A stretch of DNA of 63,479 nucleotides, filler included, from Octopus bimaculoides (GCF_001194135.2; 7 parts of 7 records of this genome joined end to end with filler, not necessarily neighbours in it); one strand, 5' to 3'. Positions 24,386-37,499 are shown, counted from the first letter of the whole stretch. Program-made: numbers and translations. Notes: generated by a model not told the origin, from the letters alone.

Positions 24386-25072
24386 GATGTGCTGTTATAC
24401 ACTGCTAATCATAAAACACTTCAGCATAGTGTGATCTTTTTTGTTGTTACATATTTTTTTTCAGAAATTTTTAAAATTCAATAAGCATATAGATATGTGT
24501 ATAAAGAGATAGATATGAATTTCTTCCTGGGGCCAAAAACACATTTAGTTGACAAATATATTTCAAAAATAAACGGACAGGGATAAGTAGATAGACAGAT
24601 ACATAAATAAATAGATGAAAAAGTTCAAAATTTAAAATTATTAAACTTCATAATTCATGTTATTAAACATTGCTTGTTTCTCATAAAATGGTGTTTATTT
24701 AATTTACATTAAATTATTATTTACGATTATTTAAGGCAAACACAAGTAAAACGCAAATTGTTTTCACTTTAATGTCTTTATATTTAATTCTGATTTGTAT
24801 ATGCTTGTCAATTCGCTACGATCTCTAGAAAGTAAACAAAATCAAAAATGAAGAGGAGTGAAATTAAAAAAAACAAACATTATTTTGCATATTTGTAATC
24901 TCCGACATCTAAAATGTAGGAATCCGAAAAAAAACAAAAAAAACTGCATTTTTCAAGGAGAGGTGCGAAACTGCAATTAGCCCCTTTCAGGCTTTAAATG
25001 ATGTCACCGCAACAAAAACACAAACATATTTAGGAAGTAAACAATGTTAACAAGAAAAAAAAAATAACATAC

Positions 25073-25160
25073 TAGTCACAGATTCATTGTCACTTGCATC
25101 AGATTCCAACAAATTCTGCGTTTCGAGTAATCTACCAGATTGATCGTGTCTCCAATCCAT
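25073..25160 (-). CDS. Putative first coding exon (MDWRHDQSGRLLETQNLLESDASDNESVT, ends phase 1)
   Basis: aaaATGG start context directly downstream of a CpG-rich promoter-like region; 88 nt open; donor CTA|GTATGT followed by T-rich intron-like sequence; non-repetitive composition. Confidence 0.6.
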
Positions 25161-25199
25161 TTTAATAAGCTTAACGTTCGTTTCAAGTCATTATAAACT

Positions 25200-25735
25200 G
25201 TGTTTACATAACTATTCAGTGACGTGCGTTGGTTCTCCGCTGTAGAGATTTACTTCCGTCTTAAGAGACGCATGCGTAATTGCTAAAAGTGTGCGCTTAG
25301 CGAATCTGTCTCTCTGAAAGCCGTACCACGTTCGTCAGGAAATAATGGAATTGACTTATTGACTTTTTTTGGTTGATGTTGAATTTCTTTTCTTTGTGAA
25401 GTTTAGAAACCCCGTTTTTGCTCGCAGATTGTAGCATATTAGGTCACCGTAATTTATTAATCGAAAGCAAGAAAATCATTTTCTAATAATTCCGGTTTCC
25501 CCTCCCACCTTTTCCCGAACAAAAATAAAGGGTTTGCAGTACATTAGGCATCCGTAATGCACGTGGTTTGAAAGGTATTTAGGTACTACTCAAGTAGAGC
25601 GGACCCGAACGCGCAGTCGCGCTGTCGCGCGTCCGTGCTAGCTAGTCGTTAGTGGTCGATGCTACGAAAAGTGCGCGCGTGCGCGCGTGCAAATGAATTC
25701 ATGTGTGCGCGTGCGCGCGTATGCAAATTAGTAAA
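25200..25735. promoter_or_regulatory. CpG-rich, possibly bidirectional promoter
   Basis: CpG retained in a CpG-depleted window. TGACGTG (25220), ETS-like CGGAAGT on the minus strand (within 25251-25260), palindrome ACGCATGCGT (25268-25277), E-box CACGTG (25560), octamer ATGCAAAT (25721) and variant GTGCAAAT (25687); plus-strand donor-like AAG|GTATTT at 25574/5. Confidence 0.65.
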
Positions 25736-26184
25736 TAATTTCTTTTAAACAAAGTAAATAATTTTTTTAAAATTACTTTTTTCTTTTCTAAACAACGTAG
25801 ATAGGTAGAAGGAATAAAAATAACACACTATCTGTTTTTGTTAACTTCATACATTTTTTTCTTTTAATTAAATTTTGTGAACAAAATAATTTTTATTTTC
25901 TAAACAACGTAAATAAATTTTAAAAAAGGTGCACATTGGGATTAGACACTGAGGGAAACTTGATATGCTAGAAATAACAGCTAAACGCAAAAAGAAAAAA
26001 AAACTGTAACCTTTACCTNNNNNNNNNNNNNNNNNNNNNNNNNNNNNNNNNNNNNNNNNNNNTTAATTAATTAANNNNNNNNNNNNNNNNNNNNNNNNNN
26101 NNNNNNNNNNNNNNNNNNATATACATACATACATATATATACATACATACATATATATATATATATTTGTATATATATATTAGT

Positions 26185-26490
26185 AGATATGGCTGTGTGG
26201 TTAAGAAGTTGGCTTCCCAACCACATGGTTTTGGATTTAGTCCCACTGCATGGCATCTAGGGCAAATGTTTTTTTACTATAGCCCCTAGCTGATCATTGT
26301 CTTGAGTGAATTTGGTAGATGGAAACTGTGTGGAAGCCTGTCATATATGCTTGACAACCATAGTTGGTTTGTTTATATCCCCTGTCACTTAGTGAATCAG
26401 CAAAGTGGCCAACAGAATAAGTACTGGGATCAAGTGTTCTACTAAATGAGTCAAGGGTGAACCCCTACCCAATGATTGAAACAAGATATA
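26185..26490 (+). mobile_element. SINE family A, diverged
   Basis: atggctgtgtggttaagaag...gtcccactgcatggca...gtagatggaaactg...agaataagtac. Confidence 0.8.
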
Positions 26491-26497
26491 GTGTGCG

Positions 26498-26549
<52 letters not shown>

Positions 26550-26727
26550 AGGGAGTCAGACAGACGAACAGACAGAGAAGCAAGTAACTATTACCCAAGA
26601 AATTCAAAGTTGAAACAGAATTGAATCCCAGGAGTTTCACCTACGACACTGTATTGAGTACTTCTTTCTTGTGCTTGTTTGCACTGAAGCACATTACTTC
26701 CATATTATATATATATAATATATATAC

Positions 26728-26758
<31 letters not shown>

Positions 26759-26972
26759 GGCAAGCACATAGGTGCAAAAGCTGGATATTGTCTTTCAGAG
26801 AGATGGCAAAGAATTCCAGGTCAAATTGAGGTCTGTGGCAGGAAGGGGGAAGGGTTGGTTAGGAATGGACACAATGTGAAGACAATGCTGTTTCCATTCT
26901 TTCTATTGTCTTTTGTTTTACACACCATTGTAAGTATAGTCATCTGTGTCTTTGTACCATTGTCTATGCATC

Positions 26973-27026
<54 letters not shown>

Positions 27027-27799
27027 TGCTATTGGTAACTTTTGTTGATGTTTGTATGTAAACTATTGTTTGTGTATGTGTACACTTTTGTGCTTCACTG
27101 TATGAGGGGAGAGTATGAATGAGCTTAAGAATCAGTGTGTGTGGGGGGATACAGCATGTCCTAGAGACAATGAACATGTGTTAATTGACATTAAAATTAT
27201 AAAGAAAACAGAAGAGAATGGAATGAAAAGCGAATAAAGCAAAGACAGATAACCAGTGGTAGCAGCATGAACACCACTAACAACAACTACAACCCCCTAG
27301 AACGAGAGAAAGAGGGGGTACCGGGAGCTTTATGTAGTTGTTAGTCTTGCTAAAAACTCAAAATATATTTCACGTCTTTAAAAAAAAAAAGGGGATTAGA
27401 TCATCCAGTCAGAACTTCTTTGACCATAGATAAACCTGCTTAACCAATACTGACTTAGGGTTAAAACTAAAAGGAAAAACACCACTATCAACAACTTCAC
27501 ATTTCACCCTCTTGTTATGATCATTGCTCTCTCCTCTTTCACTAACAATCTGTTATGGTGAGCAATGTATGTATGCACACAATAACAAAAGCACTTGTAA
27601 GCAGCAGCAGCAGCAGCTGTAACTACAGAAGCACTCTTGGCTGCCAAATCCTTGAAGTTTATTGCAAAGCTCCAAACACTGACAATAGACTAGTATAGAA
27701 ACCTAACGAAAATACTGAGGAGACGAGCTAAAAATACGAACTGCACAGACAGGAAGGAACTTCTCAGGAAATGGTTCGAAAAAGGAAATAATAACATTA

Positions 27800-30610
27800 A
27801 TGATGATGATGATGATTTCTTTATTAACCACAAGGGTTTACACTACGGAGAAACATTATGGACAGCTCAGGACAAAACAAATAAATGTGTGTGTGGGTGG
27901 GTGTTATGAGAGTTTTGCGTGTAAACAACACTAACAAAATAATAAAAAAAAAGAAAGAATGAAAAAGAAATCAACAAGGTGTAATCAATAGGGAGGAGAC
28001 GTTTGAGTGCTGCTCATGGAAAAACCCCATAAAAAAACCACAAGTACCCTGACTTTTGGGGCAGGTGCCCTTTTTCCCTTCTTTTTTTTTTCAACTACAG
28101 GCGTACGCTCAGGGTAAGCCCATTCACTTGTACAATTCTCACCACTTTCCTCCACCTTTCAGCAAACTGACTTGGAGACAACACTTCCCACTCTACCCTT
28201 ATTGTCGACACAAACCCACAGGTCAACATTGCTCGGGTAATGGATGAATGCATACAGGACTGTCTTGTCGTCCTGCACACTTCTCTGACATACTTGGCTG
28301 ACAGCACTTCCGTGCCTGTAAAGTTTATCTCAAACAGGCAAAGCTCCCCAGTAGCACTGCCAGGCCAGAGACTTTTGGAAATTATCCATTGGTCCCAGCC
28401 TGAAAGTTCTCCGGAAAAGAGCGACTAGTTGATCTTCTTTGATACCCAAGGTTTCCCCAAGAATGTTGTTACACTTTTCTTCCACTAATTCTCTTTAAAA
28501 GCTAAAGTAGACGTTCCACCTATCACACTGTCCAATTGGCTGAGGGCTGTGAGCACTTGAAGACATTCCATTTTCTAAATACTCCCCCTTGGTCTCTGTT
28601 TTAAGGAAATATGTCTGGTGAACAGTGACCACACCTGTTCACTATCTAGGAAGCACTGGAGATGTAGCTTCAGCACATGTCTGCGCATCATCAACCATGG
28701 CATGCCCAGGCTACCATGCAGCGGGTGCTGACAGCAGATAGACCGCCTGACCATCAGGACACGTCCCTTCCACAGGAAGCAGAAGAATATATGTTCCAGT
28801 GTAATCAGACGGTGGCCAGGACAAGGCACAACAGTCAAGCGACATTAGATAACAGACACAATATATGCATTAGCCACTTCTGCCTGACCTTTCAAGAATA
28901 ACTTCCTCTCGGCTCATTTTTGGATGAAACTAGTCACCCTACTCATTATCTCGTCCCAGTTTTTGTCCATTTGGAGGTCTGGACCAGACTAGACCCTGAG
29001 CCTTGAGAGCAGTACCAATTATTCCTATGTGTTTATGATCCAACACCACTTTGGTGATGTTGTCGGCATATGCATCTCCCACATCCAAGGTCATGTGGGA
29101 TGCCTTTCAAAACCTCCAGTTTATGCAGTAGTGGCTCAAGATGAGGGGGGGGGGCAACCTTGCCAGACTGAGCACATGATGTTGAACGGCTCTGAGATGT
29201 GACCTTTCATTCTGACCACTGAACAGATGTTGCTGTACATTGCAGTAATCCAGCCCCTGAATACAGGTCTGAAACCAGCTATAGATGGTGAACCCTATCG
29301 AAAGCTTTAGTCTAATCTAAAATGACCAGGGTCCCACCTGTGCCAGGTTCTTTAGCCACTTTCTCAACGATGTATCACATAAGGTGGAGGTTGTCATGGA
29401 TGGATTTTTTTGGAATGGGACATGTCTGTGCCTCCCCCCCTACTAGATCCCCAACAGCAAATGCCAACCTCGTACCTAATACCTTGGCCAAAATTTTGAA
29501 CTCTGCATTCAGCAGAGTTATTGGCCTAAAGTTGTCAATACAATCCCCCTTGTTCAGGTTTTTTCAGCAACACCACCGCTCCTTGGCTAACAAAAGTGGG
29601 AATTCTCCCATTTTGTTGCCTGTTGCAATAAACATTTGCTGAGAGGTCGCTGAACAAATCTGGCATTCAAGCATAAAGCTTGTAGGGCAGACCATCCAAA
29701 CCAGGTGATTTACCCCTTGTGCAGCTAGCCATTGCTTCCGTATTTCAAAGGCTGTTATCAGCCTTTCGCAGCACTCCAGCTCCATCACCAAGAACTGCAG
29801 CAGCCCGTTGAGGTAGGATATGAAATCCATCCTGTGACCCGGTTCACCAATGCTTCCGAACAGTTGAATGAAGCACTGGTGAAAACCTGCACTCATCTGT
29901 CTCAGATCATTTATCACTTGCCTTCCATAGTCCAGCAAGGATCGGATCATGGATTTATTGCCATGCCATGCCTCTGCTACCCAGGCCCATTGAATGGCTT
30001 TCATCCCTTCATGCCTAAGTGCTTGTGCCTTAGCTCTGACAATGCAACCTTCATGTTTCACATTGAAGAATTAATCAAGTGCCAATCTCGCTGTGAGCAT
30101 ATCGGTCGCGATGCCTTTTCTAAAAGCCTCATCTAGCTTCTTGACTAAATGTCTCTACTGTTTCTTTCTAATGCTAGTGCTTTGCTAAACCTTATCAATT
30201 CTATTCCAATCACTTTTTTCAGGGCAAACCACCATTTATTGTTCATTATTGCTCCCGTCAACGCCCTCTTAACTAGTTCACTAATCCAGTCTCTGAAATT
30301 TTTACGCACTGGTAACATGTTCAGCTTCCAGTAACCAGGTCTCTGTCTATGAAGCTTATCTTAGTTGACTGAACAGATCATGAATTTGTGGTCTGTGTAG
30401 TCGACAACGTTAAACTGTGGAAAACCTATGTTATCCTTATCTGCTACTCTACAGAATACCTTATCTAGATATGATGTAGATGACCTGATGTGGTTTGACC
30501 AGGTCTGCACTGGCACATCCAGGAAATCCAGTCAATACCTGTCAGACAGTTGGAATCGTCTGAGCAGGTTTGCGAGGCTTTTGCACCCTCCTCTCCTATC
30601 TGCTAAACCT
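27800..30610 (-). mobile_element. L1/Tx1-clade LINE, 5'-truncated within the endonuclease, decayed
   Basis: SYLDKVFCR, YTDHKF..PGYWKLN, GCIVRAKAQALR..., YADN at 29059-29070; AATAAA then an (ATC)n tail at about 27800-27825 on the minus strand. Confidence 0.88.
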
Positions 30611-30759
30611 ACACAGTTTCACTTTACATCTAAAACCCCATTCCAATCCTCCACTAACACTAAAGAACCGTTCCCAGGAAGGTTTGAGAAAAATAATAAA
30701 GTTAATAATAGTAGGAACAATAATTGTTTCTAACATAGGCAAAAAAGACCCAAAATTTG

Positions 30760-31280
30760 GGGCAAGTGGGGCAACCAACTTAATTGATCCCCTTAAAGGA
30801 TATTAACCCTAGAAAGATGGAAGACAAAACTGAGTCTTGCAGGATCTAAACCTATTTAGAAATAATGGTTTCTAATTTAAATGCAGGGTCTGCAGTTTTG
30901 AGGGAAGGGGATAATTCAATACTGTCAATACCAATACTAGACTGGGTCTTTGCTTCATCAACTCTGGAGGGATGAAGGGTAGAGTTGATCTTGGAGGGAT
31001 TTGAAGTTGAAACGTGAAGAACAGGAAGAAACACCACAAGGCATTTTTCCAACAGTTGCTTCTAATTTAGATAGGCCAGCAATTTTAGGGATAGAGGATT
31101 AGTTGATACCATTGAGGCCAATATTAGACTGGTACTTTATTTATCAACCCTGGTAGGATGAAGGGGAAAGTTGACCTCAAGAGGATTTGAACTCAGAAAG
31201 CAAACAGCAGAAAGAAACACAAGGAGGTACTCGGTTTTTTTTTTTTGTGCTCTAATGATTTTGCCAGTCCATTACCCAAG
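30760..31280 (-). mobile_element. Three consecutive decayed SINE family B fragments
   Basis: Repeated gactggtac/gactgggtc...caaccctggtaggatgaagg...gatttgaac blocks. Confidence 0.6.
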
Positions 31281-31682
31281 GTATTGATTACAAGATAATG
31301 ATTTCAAACGTTATCAATTATAACAAATAATGGGAATGCAAAGTAATAAAAATGTCTTTACACGAACACTAGAGTGAGATGCAACGGATGAGGGACATTA
31401 CAAATATGAAGCATAACAATGTGGGTGGAGGATGAGTATTCTATTAAATCAGCAATGGAAACTACGTTGGTGGGGAGGAACTAAAAGCAAAACAAACAAA
31501 ACAGAAAATGAAAATGAGGAAATAGAGTATATTTTATATAATAATACAAAGAATATATATACATGTATACACACATATATGTNNNNNNNNNNNNNNNNNN
31601 NNNNNNNNNNNNNNNNNNNNNNNNNNTTAATTAATTAANNNNNNNNNNNNNNNNNNNNNNNNNNNNNNNNNNNNNNNNNNNN

Positions 31683-31810
31683 CCACATGGTTTCGGGTTC
31701 AGTCCCACTGCATGGCACCTTGGGCAAGTGTCTTCTACTATAGCCTTGGGCCAACCAAAGCCTTGTGAGTGGATTTGGTAGACGGAAACTGAAAGAAGCC
31801 CATCGTATAT
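31683..31810 (+). mobile_element. SINE family A, partial young copy starting at a gap
   Basis: Nearly identical to 5221-5345. Confidence 0.88.
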
Positions 31811-31812
31811 AT

Positions 31813-31851
<39 letters not shown>

Positions 31852-32439
31852 AAAGAAATTAATACTAGAAAACTAATTGCCTGCTTTTCTATTAAAGCAT
31901 TTCTCCTTTTACAATGCTGAAGACGTTTATATCAAAGTGAAAAGAATATTTGAAGCATGTAAACTGAACATTTACTGGAAAAATAATTCCTGATGAATGT
32001 GTTGATAAAGTATGACAAGTAACAAGTTCCATACTTTTTAAAATTTTGTTTTGCTGGTTTTGTTTTTTGGCACCGTGTCATCCAAATGAAGCAGAATATG
32101 GGCAAAGGTGTTCTTGCCATGATGATACCAGCTTTTCAGGAATAATGCAAGACTGCATTAAATCAACATTCCATTTTTCAACATAGTAAGGTCTGATTTG
32201 AGGGAGATTTAGCTGCTATTTGTAGTCAGAACAATCACATAGAGACTACCTTGTTGGCAGTTTTCTTTTTTCCTTTTTTTAGAAAGGTGATTTCCTCGTT
32301 ACAAAGTCTAATAATTTTGTTTTGACAAGAACCTATATTAGTTCCATCATACTTAGAACAGCTATATAAATGCCTTCCAGAAATAAATTTAATCGTAGTT
32401 CTTTTTGGATATGCTTTGATATATCTTTCTCTGATTTTA

Positions 32440-33290
32440 TTATTTTTTTTACTTGTTGAGTCTGGAGGAAGAGGCAGTGTCTATGATCTTTAAAGTCCTC
32501 CAAACATGCTGGTCTTGATGCCATTAATGCTTAGATTGTCACTGTTCTATAAGTTTATTGTCTTGAGGAGGAAGGACTGGGCATAGTGGTTCGGGTGAGG
32601 TTGGTGGAAGGAGACAGTTGGATGCAACAACTGTAACCAGTGGGCTGGAAGTGTCTGAAAGACTAGTCAGCTCTGAGAAACCGAGGCCATTATAGTCACA
32701 ATAGAAAAATAAAGATAAAACATGTTTGTTGCCAGAGGCTGGAGCATATCTGTTAGTGATTTAATACCAATCATTCTTGTGGCCCTTGTCTGGATGTAGT
32801 CTAGGTTGTCTGTGTATCAGAACTGTAGCCAAATGGAAACTGTGGGCTTCACTTGAGCCTTGTTGAGTGTCAGCAACTGTTGGGGGCTGAAATATTTTCT
32901 TAGTGGTAATGACAGTGATAGCATTGGAAGTGACAGTGATGTCTGTAGGTAGCTGAGTGACACTTGAGTGGTGTGTGTGTGTGTGGGAAGGTGGAGTAGT
33001 ATTTTCTTGATGTGAGAAATGCTCAAGTGTTTTTTTAATGTTAGAAGAGACAAGATTGGCATGATCCTCTGTTGGAAAATGCTCACAAAGTCTCTGTTTA
33101 GGAAATCAATGCAGGTTCAGCATGTGGAGATACATGATTTGCAAAGGTTAGGGAAGAATGAAAAGTTCTGTCATTTGCATAAGAATAGGTGTCGTTGGAT
33201 GTAGTGGCAAGTAGCTCAATGTTGTATAGAAGGAAAAGTGGAGGGCAAAACAGATCCCTGGGGAATATTGATGGAGAATGAGATTTTTTT
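32440..33290 (-). mobile_element. CR1-like LINE 3' fragment
   Basis: FCPPLFLLYNIELLATTSNDTYSYANDRTFHSS (YADD region) followed by a decayed thumb region and 3' end. Confidence 0.65.
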
Positions 33291-34079
33291 AAATTTCAAA
33301 CATATAGTTTTGGATATACATCATATCTTTCCAGCTGAGAATATTGATGTTTTGTCTCAATAGTTATGCTATCTATAATTATTTTATCTTGAATTACAAA
33401 ATTGAGTGAAAAATTTTAAATTAACTCTTCAGAAATACATATATTGATTTCCTTTTATAAGTTGGGACAATGAATGTGGATTGAATTGGTCTCAATATAT
33501 TGCTGCTACTTAATTTTTTCTATTCTATAAGTAAATTTGAACATTACAGGATTTGAACTCAGAATGTGGCTGGATATAAAGAAGTACTACAAAATATATT
33601 GTGTAGTTGTTGAACTCAAGCAATATACATAAAAGATATTGTAGATGTTATATTAATTTAAAGTAAGGGAATTCCATAAGGCTTCATGGAGGGAAAATGC
33701 TTCCACAAAGAATTTTTCTGTAATTAGTTCTTCATTGTATCTAATATAAAAGACAGCTGAAAAAAGTTGTATTTTCACTTGTGGATTTGAATGCTACATC
33801 TACTGCAAACCTTATGGCTGCGTTAACCTTTACACCAAAGCTGTAACTTATGATTATGAATACAGGATAGAGGGAATTATTTTAGTCCTCCCATATGAGA
33901 CAACCTGTCAAGTGCTGGTGGCATTAAAAGCAGTATCTAATACACTATAAAGTTGTTGATGATATGAAAGACAACCAGCAAGAGAGACCAAAACTAGGAC
34001 ATGTAAAATGAGACAAGCCATATCACAAGCTATCTAGATAAGAGGAAGTAACTCTGAATAAGAGTTAATATAGGGTAGA

Positions 34080-34600
34080 GAAGATATTTTAGTACTCATC
34101 ATACAGGACAATCTCTTCAGCGCTGGTGGGACAATTTGTAATGTTTAGAGTAACAAAAGGATAAGTTGTAGAAACAAAATTAGTAGCAATTGAAGACCTT
34201 ACACAAGGAATGAACCAGTGGTAGTAAAAGTTGTAAAAGTTAATTTTGCCTGTAAGAAACTTATAAAAGCAAGAAACTCATAAAAGTTTCTTGCTTTGTC
34301 CATAGCCTGGATATTTGCAGGTAGATGAGCGGTACTATTATGTTTTAAAGTGAAGTATAATTGAAATGATAAATTAAATGCACTTGAGTGTGCTATTAGA
34401 AGCATGTGGCAATGCATGTGCAGGGGGATTGTCTTGAGCATGGTTGGCATGTTGGGTAGATAGAGGAGTGTTGTAAATTTGCAGTTCATTAATCTTGGAA
34501 AAGGAAACACAAATATCAACAAGCAAGGTATTTAATATCTTAGATAATAAAAAGTCAATGTATTTTGGTGGAGGGATTAGATGTGATTTTAGTAGCATAA
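34080..34600 (-). mobile_element. Possible Penelope-like RT relic
   Basis: NFYEFLAFISFLQAKLTFT resembles the PLE RT thumb motif F..F.N..HP..KFT; heavily decayed. Confidence 0.3.
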
Positions 34601-34656
34601 GTGTGAATCAGTCTTGGATTAGAAACAAATTTATCTGTCTGTCTGTCTGTCTGTCT

Positions 34657-36829
34657 ATCATCATCATCGTTTAACGTCCGCTTTCCATGCTAGCATAGGT
34701 TGGACGATTTGACTGAGGACTGGTGAAACCAGATGGCTACACCAGGCTCCAATCTGATTTGGCAGAGTTTCTACAGCTGAATGCCCTTCCTAACGCCAAC
34801 CACTCAGAGAGTGTAGTGGGTGCTTTTACGTGTCACCCGCACGAAGGCCAGCCAGGCGGCACTGGCAACGGCCACGCCCAAAATGGTGCATTTCATGTGC
34901 CACCCACACAAGAGCCAGTCCAGGGGCACTGGCATCGATCTCGATTGAAAATCCCACGAAGGCCAGCCAGGCGGCACTGGCNNNNNNNNNNNNNNNNNNN
35001 NNNNNNNNNNNNNNNNNNNNNNNNNNNNNNNNNNNNNNNNNNNNNNNNNNNNNNNNNNNNNNNNNNNNNNNNNNNNNNNNNNNNNNNNNNNNNNNNNNNN
35101 NNNNNNNNNNNNNNNNNNNNNNNNNNNNNNNNNNNNNNNNNNNNNNNNNNNNNNNNNNNNNNNNNNNNNNNNNNNNNNNNNNNNNNNNNNNNNNNNNNNN
35201 NNNNNNNNNNNNNNNNNNNNNNNNNNNNNNNNNNNNNNNNNNNNNNNNNNNNNNNNNNNNNNNNNNNNNNNNNNNNNNNNNNNNNNNNNNNNNNNNNNNN
35301 NNNNNNNNNNNNNNNNNNNNNNNNNNNNNNNNNNNNNNNNNNNNNNNNNNNNNNNNNNNNNNNNNNNNNNNNNNNNNNNNNNNNNNNNNNNNNNNNNNNN
35401 NNNNNNNNNNNNNNNNNNNNNNNNNNNNNNNNNNNNNNNNNNNNNNNNNNNNNNNNNNNNNNNNNNNNNNNNNNNNNNNNNNNNNNNNNNNNNNNNNNNN
35501 NNNNNNNNNNNNNNNNNNNNNNNNNNNNNNNNNNNNNNNNNNNNNNNNNNNNNNNNNNNNNNNNNNNNNNNNNNNNNNNNNNNNNNNNNNNNNNNNNNNN
35601 NNNNNNNNNNNNNNNNNNNNNNNNNNNNNNNNNNNNNNNNNNNNNNNNNNNNNNNNNNNNNNNNNNNNNNNNNNNNNNNNNNNNNNNNNNNNNNNNNNNN
35701 NNNNNNNNNNNNNNNNNNNNNNNNNNNNNNNNNNNNNNNNNNNNNNNNNNNNNNNNNNNNNNNNNNNNNNNNNNNNNNNNNNNNNNNNNNNNNNNNNNNN
35801 NNNNNNNNNNNNNNNNNNNNNNNNNNNNNNNNNNNNNNNNNNNNNNNNNNNNNNNNNNNNNNNNNNNNNNNNNNNNNNNNNNNNNNNNNNNNNNNNNNNN
35901 NNNNNNNNNNNNNNNNNNNNNNNNNNNNNNNNNNNNNNNNNNNNNNNNNNNNNNNNNNNNNNNNNNGACGGCCTCGCACAAGAGCCAGTTCAGGGGCACT
36001 GGCAACGATCTTGCTCGAAAAATTTCATGTGGCGCCCGCACATGAGCCAGTCCAGGGACACCGGCAACGATCTCGCTCGAAAATCCTACGACGGCCCCGC
36101 ACAAGAGCCAGTCCAGGGGCACTGGCATCGATCTCGATTGAAAATCCCACGAAGGCCAGCCAGGCGGCACTGGCAACGGCCATGCCCAAAATGGTGCATT
36201 TCATGTGTCACCCGCACATGAGCCAGTCCAGGGGCACTAACTCGATTTCAATTTCACTTGCCTCAACAGGCCTTCGCAAGTGGAGTTTAGTGTCCAACTT
36301 AACTTGATTTNNNNNNNNNNNNNNNNNNNNNNNNNNNNNNNNNNNNNNNNNNNNNNNNNNNNNNNNNNNNNNNNNNNNNNNNNNNNNNNNNNNNNNNNNN
36401 NNNNNNNNNNNNNNNNNNNNNNNNNNNNNNNNNNNNNNNNNNNNNNNNNNNNNNNNNNNNNNNNNNNNNNNNNNNNNNNNNNNNNNNNNNNNNNNNNNNN
36501 NNNNNNNNNNNNNNNNNNNNNNNNNNNNNNNNNNNNNNNNNNNNNNNNNNNNNNNGCATACTGGCATCATTCCTTGCGAACCTACGCATGTCCTCAGCAG
36601 TCATGGCCCATGTTTCACTGCCATGAAGCATGGCTGTTCATACACATGCGTCATACAATCTGCCTTTTACTCTGAGAGAGAGACCCTTTGTCGCCAGCAG
36701 AGGTAAGAGCTCTCTGAACTTTGCCCAGGCTATTCTAATTCTAGCAGCTACGCTTTCAGCGCACCCACCCCTACTGCTAATTTGGTCACCAAGATAGTGG
36801 AAGCTATCAACCACTTCTAGTTTTTCTCC
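34657..36829 (-). mobile_element. RTE/RTEX-like LINE (same family as 17279-19510), 5'-truncated, with an expanded internal tandem repeat
   Basis: Tail catcatcatcgtttaacgtccgctttccatgc; MLHGSETWAMTAEDMRRFARNDASM and EKLEVVDSFHYLGD at 36556-36829. Confidence 0.88.
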
Positions 36830-37099
36830 CTATATATATATATATATATATAGCAAGAGTTTACAAAAAAACAAAAGACGAAGACGGATGTGTAAACAAC
36901 AAACAGATGTATTAGTTTATATATATATGTATGCTTAATTTTATGGTACTCACCACAATAACTATTGATTTATAATACAAGCACAAAACAAATGTGTATC
37001 TTATAAACAAACTTTTGATAGTCTAAAGTTCTTCTGAGATGTTTACTTTTTAATTCTTTTGTATATGTTCTTTTTTTATATTTCTCCTAACTATTTAAA

Positions 37100-37420
37100 A
37101 CTTGTTCCATTTCTTATGTAGACTTTTAAGCATTTTCAAGAAGCAGTTGATTAGTGTGCATGTTTCCCCTATCCCCAAGCAATAACTATGACTTGGCTGT
37201 CTATACCCATCTCTTTCAACATCTCAAAGGTAAAAAAGTTATAAACAATCACCTTTTTTATTAATTGGTATCTCTTTTTCCCTCTCTAAGTATTGGTACT
37301 AGATTTCTTTCCTGTCACAACCTATGATCACCTCCTTTTAAGAACTTTAATAAAAACAATGCTGATGCCTTTGGCATCAGCAAATCTTCCAGCTATTACT
37401 GGTTTGAGAACCTATCACCT
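37100..37420 (+). mobile_element. Ancient CR1-like RT fragment
   Basis: HVSPIPK..NY...; ADAFGI..SSYYWF resemble early CR1 RT motifs. Confidence 0.45.
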
Positions 37421-37499
37421 AGGTTGTTTGGCTGTGGACTCCATCGTCACTCATCTCTAGAAGAGGAAATTTCCTTTTACGAGTTCTTTCTGTTTCACA

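Noticed and set aside
25300-25700. snRNA or Pol III type-3 gene suggested by the octamer motifs
   Set aside because: No recognisable snRNA body, Sm site or PSE/TATA arrangement found on either strand.
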